Shown here in pieces: positions 54,668 to 64,000 of a stretch of DNA of 64,000 nucleotides. A model generated the notes under the pieces. That model was given only the letters and a program-made list of their open reading frames with translations. It ran no database searches and was not told where the DNA came from. The stretch lies in assembly GCF_009914755.1 (NCBI RefSeq), contig NC_060942.1. One strand, given 5' to 3'. Position 1 is the stretch's first letter, and the number at the start of each line of letters is the position of its first letter. A program made the position numbers and the translations under genes. This stretch comes from the human T2T-CHM13v2.0 reference genome, Homo sapiens.

Positions 54668-55779
54668 ACAGTAATTACTCAGTAAAGTGTTTGACCAACT
54701 AGAAGAATAAGGCACTCATTCATCACTAAGTCACTGTTCTTCTCAACTTGACTGTGTTGAGTTTAGCTTGCTAATAAGCCACCCAAGAAGTAAGTGAGAA
54801 AGGAGGAAGCTGAGTGGAGGACATAAAATAAGAAAAGAGTCACTATTTTCTCTTGGATTATTTGACTTTTATCAACAAACTGTAAATCTGGCAAATCCAC
54901 AGAGAGTTTTTTTCCTTTGTGGCATGGGTGTTGATATTTTCATGGAGTCTTAACTCTAGGGATTTCACCAACATTCAGACCTCCACCCCTCAATATACTT
55001 ATAACTAAGCAACAAAGTCTAGCTGTACACTAGCCACTCTTGGTTCTACCTCCCAGTGACATCTCAAGCCCTTCTAATTCTGCTTACCTCTGTGGGTGAC
55101 CTTTGCCCATGCTGTGATTATCTTGGGCTTGCATGATCTCCTGCATGGATCTTCACTTTCTTTCCTGTCTCCCTCTAATCCATTCTAGGCACAGTGGTGG
55201 AAATATTCTTATATAAGTCAGGCATCCATTAAATCTTAGATTTAATTTTGTGTATAGCTGAGTTCAATTAATTCTCTTCCACAGGACCTAAGCATTTCAG
55301 CCATGCCACTGTATTGTAATTCTCTGAATAATATCTATTCATCATCTGGTTTCCCAAACTGAATAAGGAGATTTTCTTCTGAAAAACTTCACAAGTTAGT
55401 GAAGGATGAAGACACATAAATAAAAATATATCCTTGTGGACTATGGTAGTGATACTACAGAGGGAAAAACAAAATCCTATGAAATATATTCAAGAAAGAA
55501 AGAAAAACTTGGAAAGAAATTTGTTATCCAATTGATAATCATATTTAGCTTCTAACTTGGGGTCAACCTGAAGATTTAATAAACATGAATTTTAAGTCTT
55601 CATTAAGGTCAATGATAAACACTACAAACACAATGACAGAGAAACATCCTCATAGAAACAATCATTTATCAAACTTCTTTAAGTAAAATAATTTAACCAT
55701 GTGTGATGTTTTTAAATATTAGAAAGTGCTTTTATGATGGTTTAGAATCACACCAAGGAGTTTCATGGGGGTCGTCTCA

Positions 55780-55930
55780 CCTTGTCTTAACAATTACCCT
55801 GTGAGTCAGGTGTTATCATTTCCACACAGGAAGCAGGTGCAGGTAGGTCAAATAATGTACAAGTGGTGACACCAGAACTGGAACTCAATATTTGTGGCAC
55901 CAGAGATCATACCTTCAACCACTGTGTGAT
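55780..55930 (-). mobile_element. MIR fragment
   Basis: CCCTGTGAGTCAGGTGTTATCATTTCCA...CAGAACTGGAACTCA. Confidence 0.55.
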
Positions 55931-56699
55931 TGAAGTCCTTATAGGCTTACAGAAGGTTTAATGTAAATTTTTAATTGGGAAGAATGACATAAACATTATG
56001 CAAAAAACCTGAAACCAGAAATATGTGAGATGAGTACCCATTCACTCACCAAGACATCACTCCCTTCCTTTTCACCTTCCGACCCCTACTTTTCCAAAAT
56101 CCTAGAAACACAGAGGCTTTTGTAATTTTAAGCAGGGCCCTGTAATTAAAAATCCATACCTACAGCATAACTAGACTCAAATAATGCCCAAACTTCAAAT
56201 TACCTGTAAGTAGAAATATAACCCTTAGAGCATTATCCACTATTCAATTGCATGTTTTTGTGGAGAAAAAGGAAAGTCCAAGAAAAAAACTTCATGGGGG
56301 AGCAAAGAGAGGAGTTAGCTGCCGGCCAAAGATTGATCCAAAATGACCACCAGAAAGAGAAAATCCATTATATGTGCAAAATGAAAGGAGTCCTGAACAA
56401 TCAGATGCTACAAAAAGGAGCTATAAATGCAGTCAGTTTGAGTGGCGGGCTTTGATTGAAAGATATTGCTTCTGGGGGAAGAAAAACTTACAAAGGAATG
56501 GTGAGACATGCTTTGGATACTGGGTATAAAAGGGAAAATAAACAAAATAGTTAAATTGATGACCCTATGAGAATACCTCCACTGATGAAAATTCTCTGAA
56601 GAAACAACCACAAAGTAAAAGAAAAGTCAACACTCTAAATTGACTAAATATGCTAAGCAAGCATTTGGGGTATGAATGGGGTATGAATAACCATTTGGC

Positions 56700-57575
56700 A
56701 ACCATCACAGCAATATCTCAATCACTCATGACTTAGCCTCTAGTGGATACAAACCCATGCTGAATGTTTAATGAGTAACAGGACAATTACATGGTCTCAA
56801 AGTATCTCCCCATAAGACACAGATTACAAACGTAAAAACGGAACCTTTAAAGTAACTTTGCCATAAAAAAATAGTAACTTTACAGTATATGAACTTGTAG
56901 AGTTCACCTTAACCAGGTAATCAACATAACATCACCAGAAATGGGACATCTAACATCATGTGCCTCCTGATATAATATACTTTGAAAACATTATTGTTGT
57001 GGTATTTAAAAAATAGATTATAATCATGAGAAACATCAGACAAAACCAAATCAAGATTTATTCTATAAAACAAATTGCCTGTGCTCACCAAAAATATCAA
57101 GGTCCTAACAGTCATGGGAAAACCAATGCACCACCGCACATTTGCAGTGGAAAGAGCCCTAATGATTGAACACTGCACAACTTTTGGCCCTAGAATTTTT
57201 TTCCTTAAAAGAACATTAACAGGAAAACTGGTAGCATTTGAATTAAGATCTGCAGACTAGATAGCTGATGGTATAATGCTAATGTTAATTTTTTACTTTT
57301 ATACTTGTACCATGTTTTTATAACAGAATGTTCTTGTTTTGAGTGCAGAACCCTGGAGTATTTAAGGGTAAAAGAGAACAATGTTTGCAATTTCCTTTCA
57401 AATGGTTTAAAAATATATATAGAAAGAGAGAGAGGGAGAGAATGAAAAGGCAAACATGATAAAATGTTAACCTTTGAGAAATCTGGGAGAGGGACATATA
57501 GGTATGCTATGAATTATTTGTACAGCTTTTCTGAAAGTCTATAATATGTCAAAATAAAAAAGTAAAAATTGTAAA
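56700..57575 (+). mobile_element. L1MC4-type 3' end
   Basis: CCTTAACCAGGTAATCAACATAACATCACC...CTTTTCTGAAAGTCT...AAAATAAAAAAGT. Confidence 0.75.
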
Positions 57576-60159
57576 TTAGAACTTATCACTCCCAAGATAA
57601 CAGTTCAGTCCAGTGATTTATCATTGATTATCCAATAAAATAAATTTTAGATTAAAATAAAATCTGTGAGATTATTTCAAAAGCATGCATATGATACATT
57701 GTAAAATATCATTTTATATAAAATTATGTATAACTAATTTCATTACCGTGATGTTTTAGACCAATACCAAATTTCCTGCTGTTTCATGTTTTCTCTTTCT
57801 GGTATTTCTACTTCTAAAACCTCTTTAGTTCATTTTCTAACAAACAGAAGTTTGACCTTTGTTTGATATTTTAAAATTTTCTGTATTTCCAACATCTTTA
57901 AGGCAATTGAATGCTTACCACTCTTTATTCCAATTAGTAATATCTCTTTATTCAGTACCATCTGCAAAATTCATGAAGTTTTTGTTTTAGCTCTTTCTAT
58001 TGGATCATTAATTAAGACATAAAGCTAGTCCAAATAGCAAATGCAGAATAGGCCAGGAGCCAACCTGAGGAAATACGGGATATGTTTGCAACCTCCATAA
58101 GCAAGTATTTGGTGCTTACCCAACGTGCTACTTGTAGAATCATATCAAATCCCTTTCACAGCCATATTTAATAGTCTGATGCAAAAACAAAACCATCATA
58201 TTGGTATTTCATAAATGGTTTTTAAATTAGTCAAACTGCTCAACTTTTTTAAATATGTGATTACAAGATTGATCTCAAGAACATCTACTCCAACTATTTT
58301 ACTCATCAGGAATTTTTATGAAGTACCTATCTTGTTTAAGATACTTTGCTTGGTGCAAGAATTGAGATGGAAAAAGAAGTATAAGGCATCACTTCTGTCC
58401 TCATAGAACATTCCTGGTTCCCGTACTCTATAGATCTCTTTCACAATGTTTATCACGTTCTTGGTGTTTGTTTCCATCCCTGCCTTTCCCATGAGATACA
58501 GTTGTGCAGATTTTTGTCTTCTATACCTAGTAACCAGGACAATGCCTAACACTGGCATAAACTCTTAGAAAATTAGTTTAATATTAAAGGAAGTAAATGC
58601 ACCGAGCGTCCTACTTAGCTAGACGGAAGGTGAGAAAAGATCAAAAAGAGGTGAGAACAGAAAGTCTGTTTGGATGCAGAGTAAATGAAGATGCTAAGAG
58701 GGTGGGTGTGTGGGGGTAAGAAAGGCAGACACAGGTCCCCATGCCTCTCAGCCAGCCCAGTCTATCCAAAGCTTTCCCCAGGACCAGGCACGGTGTGGAG
58801 GACAGCATCCTTCAGTGGTTAAGCAGCCAAGATTCACAATAAGGGGTTCCCTGAGGTGGGACTGGAGAGTGAATGTGGGTGTTGTGTGGGAAGGAGGACC
58901 AGGTAATGAAAAGCACAACTTCATATTCTTCTGAACCTCCCCGCATTCTCCACCTTGCCCCCAGAATAGAAAAGAAGAGGCAGAGAGAAAGCTTCACCTA
59001 TGAGAAATGAAACCCAGCCTAAAGATGAGGAATCGAGCAAGGCTTTGTGCTCCCGTCTTAAGGAAATGGCAGAGACAATAAGTAGGGATGGCCAGCCAGG
59101 GAGTGAGAAGGTCCCAGAGACAGAACTTTCAGAGCTAACACCAGAAAGCTTTGGGAAAACCACGGCAAGTTGTGAGCGCTAAGAGTAAGGAAATTCCAAG
59201 AAGGGCAGCATCTCCATGACCTGGAAGACCTAGAACAGTCTTCAGATGGGTCAGGATGGGAGCTAAACACAGCCCTAAAGATGTACTTACACCAATATTA
59301 AATTGCAACACTCTTGAGAGTTATTGTTTCTTGTGTTGAGCTTTTCTGCACGATGAGCCTTAGGCATGCAGCAAGACAGATGAGCCCCAAATCACACCAA
59401 GTTCCAGGTCATGGGGGCCCAGATGCTGGCTGGGGCCTCCATGGGGAGGAGGCCTGAGGATGAGACATGCCTCTCCTACTCTATTCCAGCCCTGAGAAGT
59501 GGGGATGAGGCAAAGGGGAGCGCAATGGCTGCTGAATTCCATTCTCTTTCCTTCCTCCATGGGAAAAGGTAGTCTTGCCCAAAGTTGTACAGACTCACAA
59601 GCAGGAGTTACCAGAGAATATCTCTCAAGATCTTATTTCACTCCAAGTTTCTGGAAACAAGGGCTAAATACCGTATTGTAAGCAATGAACACTCAACAGC
59701 CACTTAGGTCTCCATTGTGACAAACTGAAATCAACAATATATTTCTTGTATCTAGATAAAAATATAAGCTTTATAATCAGTATACTTAATCTTCCAGTGA
59801 AACATTCTAACACAACATTTGATTTTCAAAATAAACAAATCACCTGTAGTGACGATATCCCAAGTTTCATGGGAACTTCTCAGGAACATGGCTAAATATG
59901 AGTCAATCTATAATAAACTATAAATATCTTAATGCATTTATTCAACAAGCTTTTGTTAATCATGTATACAAGGCACTCTGGAACTAGGAGTACAGAAATG
60001 AATAAAAGCATGTAATTTAATTCAAATATCTCATAAATTCTTATGTTTTGGGAGATAAAAGAAAAGGTATTAGCTAACATTAGATTTTCCTTAGGTTAAA
60101 TATACATGTTAAACTGTTCAATGGAATACCAATATATACTTATTTATACATACACACGC

Positions 60160-60390
60160 TCATATATAATATATATAATAGATATAATGCCACTATATTA
60201 AATATATAATATATATAATGCCACTATATTAGGTATGTATACACTATGTATACTATATATATAATTATACATATATATACTGTATATGCATATATACACA
60301 ATTATATATACAATATATAAAGTTATATATTATATATACACTATTTCATATATATATATATATATAATATATATAATGCCACTATATTAA
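60160..60390. repeat. AT-rich (TA)n region with internal direct repeats
   Basis: TATAATGCCACTATATTA occurs three times. Confidence 0.9.
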
Positions 60391-60595
60391 ACCAGTAGAG
60401 GAAAAACAAGAGAGGGATAAGGAAAATCTAAATCAAAACAACAAAATCAGGAAAGACAAAAAAAGGGATGTGTAAACATTTTAAAGTACTACAGAGAAGC
60501 AGATCTGAATATACCACAACTCAAACTCAGCATAAATGGACTGAACTCTCCATGAAATGGCAGTGTATGTGAGATTAGACTAGGTAATTCAACTG

Positions 60596-62885
60596 CAGGC
60601 ATATCTTGAAGATATTACAGGTTCTGTGCCAGACCACTGCAATCAAGTGATTATCTCAACAAAGCGAGTCACACAGATTTTTTGTTTTCCCAGTGCATAT
60701 AAAAGTTATGTTTACACTATATGACAGCCTATTAAGTATGCAATAGCATTACATAATTTAAAAATACTTTAGTGTTAAAAATTCTTATGATCATCTGAGC
60801 CTTCAGCGAGTTGTAATCTTTTTGCCAGTGGAGGGTCTTGCCTAGACTCTGATGGTTGCCAACTGATCAGGGTGGTGGTTGCTGCTGTGGAAATTTTTAA
60901 AACTAAGACATCAATGAAGTTTGCCACATCGATTGTCTCTTCCTTTCAAGAAAGATTTTTCTATACATGCAATGCTCTTTAATATTTTAACCAGATAACT
61001 TCTTTCAAAATTGAAGTCAATCCTCTCATACCCTGCCAGTGCTTTCTCAGCTAAGTTTATGTAATATTCTAAATCCTTGATTGCCATTTTAACAATGTTC
61101 TAACATCTTCACCGGAATTAGATTCTATCTCACGAAACCATTTTCTTTGGTTATTCATAGGATGCAACTCCCCATCTGTTCAAGTTTTACCATGAGATTG
61201 CAGCAATTCAAACACATCGCCAGGCTTCACTTTTAATTTTAGTTCTCCTGCTACTTCTACAACATCTGCAGTTACTTCCTCCACTAAAATCTTGAACCCC
61301 ACAAAGTCATCCATGAGGGCTGGAATCAGCTTCTTCCAAACTCCTGTTAATGTTGATATTTTGGCTTCCTCCCATGAATCACGAATGTTCTTAATGCATC
61401 TAGAAAGGTGAATTTTTCCCAGAAGTTTACTTTGCCCAGATCCATCAGAGAAATCACTATCACAGCTATGTAGCCCTATGAAGTGTATTGTGATAACACT
61501 TGATATCATAATACACTTATAATGATAACATAGTTATCATTATACATAATACATTATAACCTAATACAGTTGTAATGATAACACTTGAAAATCAAAATTA
61601 CTCATTGATTCATGGACTGCAGAATGCATGTTGAGTCAGCAGGCATGAAAACAACATTAATCTTTTAGTACATCTTCATCAGAGCTCCCAGGTAACCAGG
61701 TACATTGTCAATGAGTAGTAGTATTTTAAAATAAATTTTTTTTTCTGAGCAGTAGGTCTCAACAGTGGGCTTAAAATATTCAATAAACCATGCTGTAAAC
61801 AAATGTTTTGTCATATAGGCTTTGAATTCCATTTACAGAGCACAGGCAGAGTAGAGTAGTATAATTTTTAAGGTTCTTAGGATTTTAGAAATGGTTAATG
61901 AACATTGGCTTCAGCTTAAAGTCAGCAGCTACATTTACCTCTAACAAGAGAGTCAGCCTGTCCTTTGAGGTTCTGAAGCCAGGCATTGACTTCTCTCTAG
62001 TCATGAAAGTCCTAGAAGGCATCTTCTTCCAATAGAAGGCTGTCTCATCTACATTGAAAATCTGTTGTTTGGTGGAGCCACTTTCATCTATGATCTCAGC
62101 TAGATCTTCCAAATAACTTGCTGTAGCTTCTACATCAGCACTTGCTGCTTCACCTTGACTTTTAGGTTATGGAGGTGGCTTATTTTATTTTCTCAAACCT
62201 CATGAGCCAATCTCTGCTAGCTTCAAACTTTCTTTCTGCAGCTTATTCGTCTCTCTCAACCTTCATAGAATTGAGGAGAGTTGAGGAATTGCTCTGGATT
62301 AGGCTTTGGCTTAAGAAAATGTTATAGCTGGTTTGATCTTCCATTCACATCATTAAAATGTTCTTCATATCCGCAATAAGCCTGGTTTTCTATCTTAACA
62401 TTTATATGTTCAATGGAGTAGCACTTTTAATTTTCTTCAAGAATTTTTCCTTTGCATTCACAACTTAGCTAACCGGCACATGAGCTCTGGATTTCAGCCT
62501 GTCTCTGCTATTGACCTGCCTTCCTCACTAAGCTTAATTATTTCTAGCTTTTGATTTAAAGTGAGGGACATGAGATTCTTCCTTTTACTTAAACACTCAG
62601 GAGGCCCCAGGAAAGAGAATGAAATGGGAGAGCAGCCAGTAGATAGAGCAGTCAGAACACACATCACATTTATCCTAAGTTTGCCATCTTATATGGGCAT
62701 GGTTTGTGGTACCCCAAAACAATTACAATAACAACAGTGATCACTGATCACAGATCTCCATAGTAACAGATATAATAATAGTGAAAAAGTTTGAGATATT
62801 GCGAGAATTACAAAAATGCAACACAGAGGCCCAAAGAGAGCACGTGCTATTGGAAAATGGTGCTGATAGAGTTACTCAACCCAAG
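60596..62885 (-). mobile_element. Tigger1 DNA transposon, near full length, one end truncated
   Basis: Terminal CAGGCATATCTTGAAGATATTACAGGTTC plus transposase remnants; no second TIR seen. Confidence 0.93.
61180..62112 (-). pseudogene. Disrupted Tigger1 (pogo-like DDE) transposase
   Basis: [21 protein letters not shown]...KDRLTLLL and IKNIRDSWEEAKISTLTGVWKKLIP in separate short ORFs. Confidence 0.9.
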
Positions 62886-63520
62886 TTGACATCATTAAAA
62901 TATTAACAAAAACATATGAATCCTAGAAATAGATTAAGCAAAAAATGTTCAATATTTGATAAAGAAAATTACAAATCTTTGTCGAAAGATTAGGTTAACA
63001 ATTACCTATATAAATAAGTATATAATTACCTATATAAATAACAGGTAAGGTTAGCAATTACCTATAAATACATATATATGTAGACATGTCATATTTATGT
63101 ATGTATAGGAAATTGTTAATGTTTGTCTGAATACAGACACTTCCTGCTTGAAATGTTTTTCATATGAACACATTTTAGTTACCATGGTTTTGTTAAATAA
63201 AATCTATCCCCCAACAACACAGCTCAAATTTCAGTTTCCAGGGCTTATCTACCATAAGTAACTGAATAGAGTGCCAATTGTGCTGCCATTTTTTTAATCC
63301 ACAGATCACCATATAAAGAACAGATGTACATATTGAACAGTGATCAATCTTGTCACTTATTTCAAAGTCTGCTAGAAACTAGTCACTGCTACTCTGTTAT
63401 TCAGTTCATGCACAGAAAGAAAAGCATTCAGTTGCCTCCTCCTCTCTCCATGATAAACCCACATGACATCTTACAAAAAATGGACAATGGAAGAGGAAAT
63501 TTTGCAAGATCAAAGTGTGG

Positions 63521-63997
63521 TGTATTCATTTCCTATTACTGCTGTAACAAATGACCATCAACTTAGAGGCTTAAAACAACATGAGTTTATTCTCTTACAG
63601 GTCTAGGGATCAAAAGTCTAGGACAAATCTTATGGGGCTAAAATCAAGGTGTGGGCAGGTCTGACTGCTTCTGGGTCTGGCTGATTCTGGGGAGAATCCA
63701 TTCCTTGCCTCTTCCAGCTTCCAGAGGTTGCCTTGGCATTCCTTGGCTCATGGCCACATCACTTCAGTCTCTGCTCTGTCTTCACATCTCCTCCTCTCTT
63801 TTATCTCCTGCCACTCTCTCATAAGAATGCATGTGATTCCATCAGGTCCACTTAGATAACCCCAGATCTCCTCCTATCTCAAGATCCTTGTCTTAATCAC
63901 ATCTGCGGAGGCTCTTTTGCCATGTAAGATAATAGTCATACATTCTGGAGATTAGGATGTGTACATTTTGGGGGCAGCTGTTATTCAGCCTACTATA
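63521..63997 (-). mobile_element. MLT1C/D-type solo LTR
   Basis: TGTATTCATTTCCTATTACTGCTGTAACAAAT...ATCTCAAGATCCTTG...TTATTCAGCCTACTA. Confidence 0.85.
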
Positions 63998-64000
63998 TGC

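Noticed and set aside
58965-59184. Exon-like segment with 60-aa hydrophilic ORF
   Set aside because: The purine-rich sequence may be an antisense L2 remnant; no partner exons or protein similarity recognised.

Overview
Repeat-rich, non-coding primate (human-like) genomic DNA, either intergenic or deep intronic. It contains AluS/AluY, L1PA/L1M fragments, MIR, L2, many MaLR/ERV solo LTRs and a Tigger1. I cannot support any protein-coding gene, RNA gene or locus name. The only ORFs with recognisable protein similarity are transposon remnants (Tigger1 transposase, L1 ORF1). I found no evidence of a new biological system. The most unusual signals are: (i) a shuffled local duplication (A...B, then B'-A') with microhomology-stitched junctions at 21.4-23.2 kb; (ii) two fold-back or templated-insertion scars inside transposons; (iii) a candidate L1 3' transduction and a twin-primed L1; (iv) a ~7.7 kb TE-poor block carrying an E-box minisatellite, a 248-codon ORF and a CpG-retaining segment. 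Repeat subfamily names come from recall of consensus sequences, not from a search. Boundaries of old elements are approximate.
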